From Epithemia pelagica (taxonomy: Eukaryota > Protista > Bacillariophyta): a stretch of DNA of 64,000 bases. The notes under the pieces are model-generated. The model worked only from the letters and a program-made list of their open reading frames with translations, had not been told where the DNA came from and searched no databases. This document shows, piece after piece, positions 22,680 to 33,124 of this stretch. The position numbers and the translations under genes were made by a program. Within the stretch, counting starts at the first letter, position 1. Each line of letters starts with the position of its first letter. The stretch covers positions 4,960,001 to 5,024,000 of the forward strand of contig OX337229.1 of the NCBI GenBank assembly GCA_946965045.2. Reading direction: 5' to 3'.

Positions 22680-23837
22680 TTAGTATGCTTTCTTAGTCTT
22701 CTTCTTCGCCACCGTGAAAAAAGCTGACATCTTCTTCATTCCCTTTGTATTAACCGTCGCCAATTTCTTGACACCAGCAGACACTGGAGTTTCTTTCTTC
22801 GCCTTTTTCTCTACAGGCTGCTCCATATTGTGATGAGCATGAGACAAGATGTTCGAAGATAAATCGCTTTGAGGTCGTTTTGCTGCAATCTTTTGTTTCT
22901 GGGTGAGAAGTATCTCGGGGGACTCATGCACGTGATTGAGAAATCTAGTTCTCCATTCATCCGACAAATAGCTGCAGATAATCTGTATGCTTTCCTCTCT
23001 CGAGATTCGAGCAATTTTGTCCATGTCTTCTTTGATCGTTGATTCTGGCTGTTCCTCGGTCGACGCTGTCCGTGCATCTTCAGGAATAACGAAATCCTCT
23101 GAGAAAGCCCCTCTCGACGTGGAAACGGAGGCTCCCTGACAGTTCGAATACTGCGCCTTATTCTTTGAGTGATGACGCATAAGAAATTCTTTAAGAGTGT
23201 CCAATTTTCTTCTAAGCCAAACCATAGCCAGGTCCTGGGAAAACTTGTAGAATACCTCATCCTCTCCAAGCTCCATACTTGCGTACAAGTGAGGTAGCTG
23301 TGAAGGATCCAAACATGACCGTACGACCGGATCGAATGAACTCATAATTTGATCCAAGGGTTGCCACTGATTCGTGGAAGCGTTCTCCGTATTTTTCTTG
23401 AGGTCCCCTGCTTCCTTCGAATCGAGTAAGGGGAAAGCAAAAAACAGAGGATCAACAGTTGTTAAAAGGTAAATATTTCCATTTCCAATCAGTGTCGCAG
23501 TAGAAGCAGATTTAATCAAGAACGACGAGTACATCATGTCGTCATCGTCATTTCCCCGTGACGGAAGCATTTGTAATTCGCACAGATTATTATGTAGTTC
23601 TTGATGCTGGTGAAGTTTTTCATCAACCACAGAGGGCTTCCTCATGACGGCATAGAGCCGTCTTTCCCCTGTACACGGATCTGCCACATGATGCAAAGTG
23701 ACTGATGAGAGACCAACTATGCCATTGGTTCTGTTCCATGAAAGCGGTGGACGATTGCCTGAGGTTGATCCTGTTTCCAGCTTCTTGGGAGTTGTACCAA
23801 GTAATGTTACGACAAATTTCCTTTCCTCCCTTTCCAT
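22680..23837 (-). CDS. RNASEH2B: Ribonuclease H2 subunit B
   Basis: LHHVADPCTGERRLY, LLTTVDPLFFAFPLL, WLRRKL, and C-terminal KKLATVNTKGMKKMSAFF (PIP-box). Confidence 0.85.
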   Translation of the reverse strand: MEREERKFVVTLLGTTPKKLETGSTSGNRPPLSWNRTNGIVGLSSVTLHHVADPCTGERRLYAVMRKPSVVDEKLHQHQELHNNLCELQMLPSRGNDDDDMMYSSFLIKSASTATLIGNGNIYLLTTVDPLFFAFPLLDSKEAGDLKKNTENASTNQWQPLDQIMSSFDPVVRSCLDPSQLPHLYASMELGEDEVFYKFSQDLAMVWLRRKLDTLKEFLMRHHSKNKAQYSNCQGASVSTSRGAFSEDFVIPEDARTASTEEQPESTIKEDMDKIARISREESIQIICSYLSDEWRTRFLNHVHESPEILLTQKQKIAAKRPQSDLSSNILSHAHHNMEQPVEKKAKKETPVSAGVKKLATVNTKGMKKMSAFFTVAKKKTKKAY

Positions 23838-25098
23838 CGTCTAAGTTGATGGAACTGGTGTTACCTCCCATTTGCGAGCCCAATGCCAGAAATGCGACCG
23901 CGCATGAAAGAGTCGCATGAAAGAGCGGGAACAGTAGACTGTCTGTATTGTATTGTAGGTCGTAGGTCAGTGGCTCATTTCACGCGGGGCCCAGCCAGTC
24001 CCGAATCATACGAAAGTCACAAGTCACCAAAGTCAGCCCAAGAAAGTTAGTTGGGCGTTGCCCGAGGACGACACTCGTACTCGTACTCGTACTCGTTGAG
24101 GAGAACAAAAATAATGTGTGCGGGAGTAAAGACTATAATCTATATTTTTTCTCGGCCCTTTTTTTGTGTTTGGGGGAGTTACCCTCTCCGATTTCCGATT
24201 CTATCTCTATCCCAGAAAAACCAGGTTATCGAGCCCAACTGTGTTAGAGGTTAGAGGGAAGAGTACGAGTAGTCCACCTAGAGACAATAGGAGAAGTTAG
24301 AAGTAACAAGTTTCACTCTTCGACTCTAGAAGACATACGAGAGTACAATGCCTTTTGCCCAAGAGGGCGGGCGAAAAGTTCTTCCATGTCGTGTGGGTCG
24401 TCAAAGTTCGAAGTGCTCGTTTCGTTTTTGGTATTGATTTTTTAAATTTTTTTTGATGTGCGATGTTCTACTTTCTACTTCTAACTTCTAACTACGAGTA
24501 GTAGATTCTCGACTCTCGATCTCGACCGCTGGCCTGCTTTCTGTTTTCTGTTATGGTTTATGGTATAAGCTGTAGATGCAGCAGCCAGCAGCGTGTTTCT
24601 GTTTCGGGTTTCTTGATCGGATATCGGATATCGGATTCCAAATTATTGTTCCAAGTTCCATGGTCGATGGTCGGAGTCCCAGGTCCCAGATCCCAGAGAT
24701 CCGAGTTCCGAGGTCCGAGCACCGAGCCTACGAGCTTATTATGATTTGCGAACTGCAATCTGTAACGAGAAATTGCGCATAAATAATGAGAAACGAGGTA
24801 TAAGAGGACGAATATGAGACTATAATAATGTAATAACGTAGAGAATCACAAACTGTCCATCATGGTCATGAGTCATGAGTCGGGAGTCGGGACTCATGAA
24901 TACTCGTAGTAGATGACAATCACAATTCACAATTCACAATCCCAAGTCCCTCTAGTAGAGGGACTTTTAGTACGATAGTCCAATTTTCGACGAAGTCCCT
25001 TACTTTGTACTGTACTTCACCGACTTTACGCATTCCCTTAGTATAGTCCCCCTCTCTCTCTCAAGGGACTGCCAGTCCCTCAGTCCATTCCCTTGGTG

Positions 25099-28000
25099 AA
25101 AATAGGGGGGAGAAGGCAGAGGAGAGGGGGAGAGGAGGGGGAGAGGAGGGGGAGAGAGAAGGAGAGAAGAAGGAGATTCCGTAAGTCAGATTCCTTCATG
25201 AAATCGATCCGCGTATTGCTCGCAGTCTCACGTTTGTTTCCTCTGACGTATGAAATGTTCTAGGAAGCTCCAAACTTCCCTCAGAGGGGAGAAGGCACTT
25301 CCCCTCCAAAACGATTAAGCCCTTCATATCGTTTCAGCACCTTTTTGTTATTGAAACGACATTCTACACTGGTACAATCCTCCCGACCATCCGATGACCT
25401 TTCACGTGGTTCTACGTAGCATGTGATGAGGCGTATCCAGTCTGTGCTTCGCATCACAATCGGAACTGCTTGCACCTCGCACAAGATCTTGTCATAATTT
25501 TTTTTGCTACGATGTTACTCACTACGAATTTTTCTTTTTGTTGTTTGTCATGCACGTATTCAGGTCAATCAAGAGAATGAAGATGGTGCCTTGTTCAAGG
25601 CTCGTTTGGGGCAGCGTCGGTCATGGGGTGGACGTCCTTTCCCTCGTTCTACGCAGTACTTCATGTACTTGACGCAACAGAACTGGGTTTGGACACGAGG
25701 TGGTGGTCCGAAGGGAGGAAAGGTGGGCATGCATGTTGGGACGGATTGAAGACCACCCCAGCCATGGGGATTGCTGTGGAATGCAAAAGGGTATTGCTGT
25801 TGACCGGGGAGTGTTGTTGGCCGTTGCTGATTTTGCTTGTACGGGTTGACAGGTTGGTTTTTCTGCCTTGTTGTCGTTGTTGTTGTTGCCGATTGCAGTA
25901 CCACCAACCCATTTGCTGTTGTTGCCATTGCAGGTGTGCTGTTTGCTGCATTTTGAGGCTCTTTGTGTTGTTGTTGTTGATCCTGCACTGTCGCTGCTGA
26001 TTGATTTGTTGCTGCCATCGTTGTTGTTGGTAAGGCTTCGCTGTTGTTTGTAACCTTTTGCTTTTTGTTGCTGGTGTTGTTCTCATCCAAATCGTCGCTC
26101 TCTTTTTCTTCTCCCTCTCTTTCCTTTCTCTTATTGCTACTGATTGCCTGTGCTTGTGCTGTTTCTTGTTGTTGTGTCTGTTGTTGCCTTTCTTGCCGTG
26201 TCTGTTGTTGTGTTTCTGGCTGTGTCTGTGGTTGTTGTATTTTGGCTGGATTCTCCTCGCTGTCCAGTTGTTGGATTTCATCTTCGACCTCTGACTCCTC
26301 CTCTGCCAAACCCAACAATGGAATGGACGTGTCATGCGGCAACCTCTTCTTGTTGCTCGCACATTTTCGGCACTGGCATCGATCGTTGAGTGGATGCTTT
26401 GGAACTTGTTGCGTGATTTCTTTTCTCGTTTCCAGGTACTCGGAGAAAAACCGTTCTCCCGTATCTTCTGGAAGCTTCTCAACCTCTGGAAAGGGAGGAC
26501 AAGAAGCTCCAGACATCGAAGCAAGTATATTGATCATGTTTGTTTTGCATGCGTTACCAAAACTCACCACCATTTCCCATCCTGCAGGCACCACTGAACG
26601 TTCTTCTTGAGACTTCGTCATGATTCTCATCTTGTGACGAATTGCCCTGTTATACTGGGCCGTGCCTGCCAAATTCAAAGCATCTGCGAGAGTTTCTCGC
26701 ATGCCACAGTTGGCAAAATGCGTCAAATTATCATGAAAGCTCTCGAGCTTACTCTCTCCTCTCAAAGGTACGTACTCCACTAGCTGGTTGCTTGATCTTG
26801 GTGATGGAGGTATCTCACGATACATTTTCTCCACGGGCAAGGGATCAGCAAGGAACTTTGCCTTCTCTTTACAGTTTTCCAGTGCTTGATGTGTTTCGGC
26901 CGTAAAAAGAGGTTGATTGGAGTGTGGATCCAATCGGCCTCGTGCTGGTGGCTTGCCAGGAGTGGAAGTGCACTTGTATTTGCACTTCCACTCCTCCAAC
27001 TTGAGGACAATCGTATCGCCACCCCGAATAATCTTCCGTAAGTTCTTTGAGTACCTCTGTCAAAAGGTCTTGGTTCCCATCATTTCACTGATCTCTTTGT
27101 CTGTGTATTGTTTCTTGGAGCTTGACATGGTTCCATTTTTCAAACAACCAACAAGTTTCTCCAAGTCTTCAGGATGGTACTCGTAGATCGCATCCAACAA
27201 ATCCTTCATGGCTATCCCAAAGTCAATGTGCCGTTGTCTGAGCGTCTTGGTTATCCTCTGTATGAAATGGAAAAGGCCAAGACGGCCCTCCAAGTCATCA
27301 ACCAACAACAACCAAAAATCCTTGCCACAAGGCCATGTGTCAGAGTACATGGCCTTGGGGCAAAACCCGGTACGTCTCAGCACTTGTTCCGCAGCATGTG
27401 CAAACTTGAGTGCTGATGTGTTGTGCACTAACACTGCACAAGCAATTTCTCCTGCCTCTGTTGCCATGGTCCACATTGCAGCTGCATTGAGGCGTCTTGG
27501 ATAATTTTTCACTACCTGGTGGGTGTGGTCGTGAGCAAACATGTGCTGGCATCTAACCCCTTGAATCTCTCTTGTGTTTCTCTCATTGTCAGACACCATC
27601 CAGGGTTGCCATTTGGAGCTTGCTCCATCGTCATATAGCTGGCGGATTGTCTCGCCAAAAGGTGGGTAGCGAACCAGAAACTCACCATCCTTTTGCATGT
27701 AGTCTTCTGATTCTTTTCCTGTAGCAGCACAATAAGAATAGTACCTCATTGTCTTGTCTTCATAGCAGGTGTTGATTCCTTCATATAGCATCCGACTGAT
27801 GTGATCCCCATTGCCATAGGTTACCATTGATGCTTCCATTATCCTCGTAGCATCTTTAGCTAGATGCGATGTTCCTCTAGCATACTTGGGTTCCACTGGG
27901 TAACACATAGCCATGTAGGGAGGCAGTCGTGCGAGCAATTCTCCATCATTTGCATAGAAGGCAGCCGAGCACCCGGCACACTTGTATCCCATAAGTATTG

Positions 28001-29206
28001 CATACTTTGGGGGACCAGACATGGCGAAAATGGGGAAAAGGGACTTGTTTTTTGAAAAGTTCGATCGCGTACGCTGGAGATTACCCCGGCAACGAGGACA
28101 ACGCAAGTGGTTACTGGGGAAAAACAGCTCCCAATCAACAACCAGGAGTTCCTGTCCCACAATCGAGTCGTACAAAGCACTCGTGTTGTCGGCAATGGGG
28201 GGTACAGTAACGGTCATATTAGTGAAGAAAGGTTTCAAATTCTCAACACAACGCTTAGAACCAAGGCACGTGTCGGTCACATAACTCGCCAACGCATGCA
28301 CAGCACGTGGGACATGCACCTCCGTAGGTACTGCTGTCACACACGTAATTACCTCAAACTTGAAATCTTCGGCTGTTGGAACATACGCGCCTTCCTCGCC
28401 ACCAACGGTAGAACTTTCCGTTGCCGTAGTCTCCGTAGTTGATTGTGTTTTTTCATTTTCAGCGTCTCTTGTCGTTGCTTTTTTCGACGAGCAATTGGGA
28501 CGATGTTCCATGAAAGTGTTGAGTGCCTCCTGTGTGACATTGGAGGCGGACAATCTCTCTGCACTGGTAAGTTGCTTGCGGATTGCTTTGGCATGGGCAG
28601 CCTGGGCCTTTTCTGAGGCCACTACCTCTGCTCCTCTTCCATCGTTCATTCCCTTGCCCCTTGTTGTTGTGTTTTTGCTGCATCTGGGGTGGTGAGGGCG
28701 ACGAGGGATGGCCATTCCTCTTGCCTTGGCCCTGCAGATGGGGCAGTCGATGTCGGACTCAAAGATGACCAAAAGGTCCATCTTTCTCCAACCTGAACGC
28801 TTCTTCCAACTCTTCTTTGGCCAACGAGAGTACTGATTTCCGTATCGTTGCGACTGTGGCCCCATGGCCTTGGCCGCTGTGAATTGTGCTGCAGAACTCA
28901 TGATCTTTATTTGTTATTCTAACTTATTGAAGTGTATCCTCTTTTCCAGGCTTCTGACCATGCTCAAAAGGGTCATGAGATGGTCAGAAGAGGACTTGTC
29001 GCAATGGTCGACTTGGCCATGCCATGGGCGACCGTGAAGGACCGACCGGATCGGCTGATGGAATCTTCCCTCCATGTTTTTTGTCCGTGATTCGATGGGT
29101 TCCCGGGACACGGTAAGACACTTGTAACGACATTTGTTTCCTAAGTGATTTTTTGTGAAACGACATTTCTAACCCAATCATATTGCTGCCTTTTGAAACT
29201 AACACC
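25099..29206 (-). mobile_element. TIR-less DDE transposon, copy 1 (4108 bp), with a 9-bp TSD
   Basis: Colinear with 43164-47234. CCCTTGGTG is duplicated at 25090-25098 and 29207-29215. The 37-bp length difference from copy 2 is fully explained by +27, +11 and -1 bp indels. Confidence 0.9.
25569..28901 (-). pseudogene. Transposase of copy 1, interrupted by a CGA>TGA nonsense codon at 27060-27062
   Basis: ORFs 27060-28901 and 25569-26999 together match the 1101-aa ORF of copy 2. Copy 2 reads TTT CGA CAG where copy 1 reads TTT TGA CAG. Confidence 0.9.
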
Positions 29207-29576
29207 CCCTTGGTGTCACTCACAACCGACTATAGTCTCTACCGTCATTCCCCCCCCCCCCCCCCAGCCTTCAATCGTACTATATTCCCTCTCTCGAGTC
29301 CCACCAGTCTCTCATATCGTACTTTAAGTCCTAAAGTCAAGTACCTCCAGCCAAATATATAGACTGTATAGTACAAAATCACTCCTCATCTCCATATGAA
29401 ACGACTACAACCATGATATCATGTGTTTATCATTCCAAATCAACACAAGAAAACAGATGAGGATAATCACAACACAGAGGTACGTTACCCATATCTTGGT
29501 TGCTTTGCCTCTCTTCAACAATCAAACCATTGTCCTCTCTTATCTTGTCTCATACAACGAGACGAGGTCGAATCAA

Positions 29577-30520
29577 ATGGAAGGAGTCCAAGATACCGTT
29601 TCGACATTGGAAGATCCTTCCAGGAGGGATCCCCCTTCCTCCAACAAGAACAAATCTTCTTCCAACAAGAACAAGCCACGGCCCTCATCCAGTAAGAAGA
29701 AGACTTCCAGTTCAAAGAAGAAAAAGAAGAAGAAGCCTCCTCCTGCAGGTTCCAACGAATTGAAACGAAAACCCTCTGCACTCGAAGCCGAGAAGAAAAT
29801 TGTTGAGGAAGAGCTTGCACCAGTTGTGGAAGCCAAAGATGATTTCTTGGCGAATGAGAAATCTCTTGTTCCTCTTCTTGATTCTCCAAATCCATTATTC
29901 TTCGGCCATCCTAGTTGTTCACCGTACTGGCGTTGGATCCTTCATGTTGACTGGCCGGTGTTTGAACAATATCTGATCGATAACTCGGATGATATTCCCC
30001 AAACCCCCGGCATTCTCAAGCTGATAAACAACATGAAGACCAAAACCAAAATAGGAGACATGAAGAATCTCAAGTCGGCATTGACTCCCCAAGCCAAGAA
30101 TAAAGCCATGAAAGAGAAATACTCGAATCTTGTCCGTTATGTTGTCATCTGCCCACGCTGTTTTGCGAACAAAGACAAACCACTGGACGAATGTATCCTA
30201 CTTTGTGGGCTTAACAAAACATCCAACATAGCAACTCATATCGGCAAGTACCACAAAGATGTTCAAATTCAAGACGACGCCGATGATCCCTCTCCGATGA
30301 AAAGCCAAGGCACGCTAAGCTCCATGATCATAAAGGATGCATCCAAATCTACTGCTTCTACGGAACTAAGGCAGCTCATGTATCGGTTCATCAATGACTG
30401 CGCACTACCGGCAATTACGGCCGAGAAAAAAGAATTCCGAGATCTCATCTGGTACGCAATCAACAACAGTGCTGCTCTCCGCGACACACCGGCAGAGATC
30501 ATGAGCCGGCGGGAAATAAG
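29577..30520 (+). pseudogene. N-terminal part of a hAT transposase (BED zinc finger plus DNA-binding region); catalytic DDE domain absent
   Basis: ICPRC...KTSNIATHIGKYH (BED C2H2), then YRFINDCALPAITAEKKEFRDLI and IMSRREI. The frame then runs into the antisense strand of the glycosylase gene. Confidence 0.75.
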
Positions 30521-31198
30521 AGACCATTTATCCATTGGAACCCATGCTTCCAAATGTTTTGATGTCGCTAAGCTGCTGAGTTTTGGAGGCACCCAACCCA
30601 TCTTGTGTGCCCAGCGAATAACATGTATGTCTGAAGGTATACCGTCGACACGTCCGAATGCCGCCTCCAGTATTATGCATGCAGTCTTATACCCAATGCC
30701 ATCGAGGGTCATCAACTCGTGGATTGTAATGTTGTTGGGAATTATCCCATTGTGGCGCTGTAGAAAGTAGTCGGCCGCATTGACAATGCGCTCGGCGTTG
30801 ACGTTATATCGTCCAAGTCCCGATATTAGGGAGCACATAGCATCCATGCCGTACTTGTTGGCGATCTCCGACACAGCATCGGCAGACGTCATTCCACAAG
30901 CAAAAAGACGGGGCATTACGGAACTGAGTTGTAAATCTGAAGTGCTTGAACTCATACAGATCGTCATCAAGACCATGAATGGCCGATCTGAAAGAGGATC
31001 GTCCGCGTAATTGTTAATCCATGACTCCCAATCATCCCGAGGAGCCACGATTCCAAAGTGTTTCAACTCTTGGTGAAACATGACCAGTTGTCCGAGTTCT
31101 GTCAGTCGATGGTCTAGAACAGTTGCAGGAATGGGAGGGACTTTCACATGGAGATCGGATGGACGGAGTTTCTTGAGTTTGGGTGGCATGCCAGGCAT
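30269..31198 (-). CDS. Endonuclease III (Nth)-like HhH-GPD DNA glycosylase inside the hAT element; native C-terminus lost
   Basis: PFMVLMTICMSSSTSD corresponds to Nth PFELLIAVLLSAQATD. HhH motif LMTLDGIGYKTACIILEAAFG keeps the catalytic Lys, and GIPSDIHVIR keeps the catalytic Asp. Homology ends near 30520 and there is no [4Fe-4S] Cys motif. Confidence 0.85.
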   Translation of the reverse strand: MPGMPPKLKKLRPSDLHVKVPPIPATVLDHRLTELGQLVMFHQELKHFGIVAPRDDWESWINNYADDPLSDRPFMVLMTICMSSSTSDLQLSSVMPRLFACGMTSADAVSEIANKYGMDAMCSLISGLGRYNVNAERIVNAADYFLQRHNGIIPNNITIHELMTLDGIGYKTACIILEAAFGRVDGIPSDIHVIRWAHKMGWVPPKLSSLATSKHLEAWVPMDKWSLISRRLMISAGVSRRAALLLIAYQMRSRNSFFSAVIAGSAQSLMNRYMSCLSSVEAVDLDASFMIMELSVPWLFIGEGSSASS

Positions 31199-31383
31199 GT
31201 GGCGATCATCGTTGTCTTTTTGTTTATATTTGATGGTTTTTTTAGAACGTGAAATCGATTGAAGAAATAATGATATAATGGTGTTGCGAGAACGAGTGGA
31301 ATACGAATGTGTTGGATGCTGGGTATGCTGGGTAGCTTTCTTCTGTGGAGATTTAAGAAGATTCTTCTTTTTGGGAGATTTGT

Positions 31384-32124
31384 TCACAGCAGGTGGATTG
31401 TCTTTTTTTTGTCGGCATGTAGGGGAGGACAGTGTATCTTGTCGTATAGATGCGTCAATTGGGCAATATAAGGGGTGATGCAACTTGGAACACAGTCCTC
31501 TTGATCGGATTCTTCGCTGTTACATTCGCATAGAATATATTCGTTGACTAGTTGTTGAGGTTGTTGTGTGCAATGGAATCCAGTTGATGTGTGCATCATC
31601 CAGGACAGAATGATAGATTGGGATGAAACATTTGGACATTTTTGTTTTACACGATGGGTGTTTCTCATACATTCGTGAAAATGAGGGCATTGATCAATCT
31701 GTAGCGTGGGTGTACATTGAACAGTAAGTGTAAGACTCTTGCAATGATCAGGCATGAAGGGTTGAATTTCATGATCTGATGAATTCGGAACTTGCGGAGA
31801 TGGACCGTGTAGATGAGTAATGACAATGCCAGCAATGATTGTAAGCTTGTCGTCGTACTCCAAGGTGAACAATCTGCAAGCGTGAGTGTTGGACTTGCTC
31901 GTGTTTTCTTCTTTGCAAGAAATGGACCCAGAATTCTGAATTAACCATGCAACAGTAAATCGTTTCACCCATAGATGAAGTTGGCGTCGAAGAAGGTCTT
32001 TGGGAGATTGCTCTTGGATATATTTTTTCGTGTCTTCAAAGTAAGCAAAATTCGACTCCAGAATGAACTTCAGATTACATCGTGAAGAGAAATGAAGGTA
32101 TTTGCGAGAAGTTGATGGTTCCAT
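31384..32124 (-). CDS. Unknown ORF inside the hAT element, possibly the N-terminal half of the glycosylase gene
   Basis: Open frame from the ATG at 32124. It overlaps the glycosylase frame, and a one-base shift at the A8 run (31403-31410) would fuse them. Confidence 0.5.
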   Translation of the reverse strand: MEPSTSRKYLHFSSRCNLKFILESNFAYFEDTKKYIQEQSPKDLLRRQLHLWVKRFTVAWLIQNSGSISCKEENTSKSNTHACRLFTLEYDDKLTIIAGIVITHLHGPSPQVPNSSDHEIQPFMPDHCKSLTLTVQCTPTLQIDQCPHFHECMRNTHRVKQKCPNVSSQSIILSWMMHTSTGFHCTQQPQQLVNEYILCECNSEESDQEDCVPSCITPYIAQLTHLYDKIHCPPLHADKKKTIHLL

Positions 32125-32536
32125 ATACCTTGTTCCTTGAGTTGTGGAGGAATGGTTTGGGGGAGGAAAGTTGAGTGTGGGAGACACTTTTGTTCGATGG
32201 TTGATGGAGTGAGAGTGAGGTGCGAGGGTGTGAGGTGTGTTGCTGCTGATAGCGTTGTTGTGATGGGCGTGGGTCTCATGTGGGTCTCATGTACGTATAG
32301 TAGCGTGGTGGAGTATACATGGATTTCGTACTGTGAAGTCATGACTTAGGGACTATAGTACCATAGTACATGAAGATTATGAAAGGGACCATAGTCCCCA
32401 TAGTATAGTCCAATGTTGCATTTCGATGTACTATAGTCATCGGTGATAGTCTATGGGTGAGTGGAATTGGGACTATCAGTCAATGGACTATTCCATGTGT
32501 GGTGGCTAGGGTGAACTATAGTCATTTAGTACAGTC

Positions 32537-32606
32537 TACCGCGTTTGTAAATGGGATTGGTAGTCTCTTAGTACCGCGTTTGTAAATGGGATTAGTAGTC
32601 TCTTAG
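32537..32606 (+). repeat. 35-bp tandem duplication in the hAT right subterminal region
   Basis: TACCGCGTTTGTAAATGGGATT(G/A)GTAGTCTCTTAG x2. Confidence 0.9.
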
Positions 32607-33124
32607 TATAGTCCCATTAGAGTGTGAGATGGAGTGTAGTACCTATGGTCTAGTCAGGTACATATCGTAGATGGACTGAAAGTCATGTAGTCTAGTCTCG
32701 ACATGTTTGGGTGATACTTCACAGCTCTGCCCTCTACCCTCTAGCCTCTAGCCTCTAATGATTGAACAACGAGAAACAAGAGGAAGGAGTATTGTAAGTA
32801 AGGACGAGCGAATAACACAAAACACAATGTCAGAACAAGGAGTCAAGGAGCCGCCAACCAGTAACCAATAAACAACAAGAAACAAGACAACAAACTGAAC
32901 TCGTATGCGTCTTTCTGTAATTTGTCCGGTGGGTCACTCGTCACTCCAATTTCCAAATGTCTCGTGTACCCCACAACAGCTTTTCTCTGCTGCTCTACTA
33001 CTTCCAACGCTGGTATGCACATCCGCTGGAGAATAGGCTACCTGTGCTACCCTGATGAAAATGCTTTGCTACTAGGAGTACCTACTAGGAGTGTACTTAC
33101 GCCTCTAGGAGTAGTAACTTCTCC

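Larger units (their letters stand above)
24956..32736 (+). mobile_element. hAT-superfamily DNA transposon, internally deleted, carrying cargo and a nested insertion
   Basis: Termini TAGAGGG / CCCTCTA. Identical 8-bp flanks CCCTCTAG at 24948-24955 and 32737-32744. Dense GACTATAGTC/TATAGTCC subterminal motifs at both ends. Internal BED-finger ORF. The TIR is short and CCTCTA is locally repetitive, so the boundaries are moderately certain. Confidence 0.65.

Noticed and set aside
25281-25484. Small ORFs conserved in both transposon copies (also 28914-29111, 43336-43539, 46942-47139)
   Set aside because: Conservation simply reflects near-identity of the copies, and there are no recognisable motifs.
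25623-26610. Cys/Leu-rich plus-strand ORFs (also at 43678-44638)
   Set aside because: They are antisense shadows of the CAA-rich Gln/Thr linker of the transposase.
25099-29206. Possible TIRs (AAGGCAG near both ends)
   Set aside because: Only a 7-nt internal match at different offsets. The termini themselves are not complementary.
29250-29265. C16 homopolymer
   Set aside because: A simple homopolymer in hAT subterminal DNA with no independent evidence of function.
32537-32606. 35-bp direct repeat as a possible CRISPR array
   Set aside because: Only two adjacent units with no spacer, in a eukaryotic transposon end, and no cas genes.
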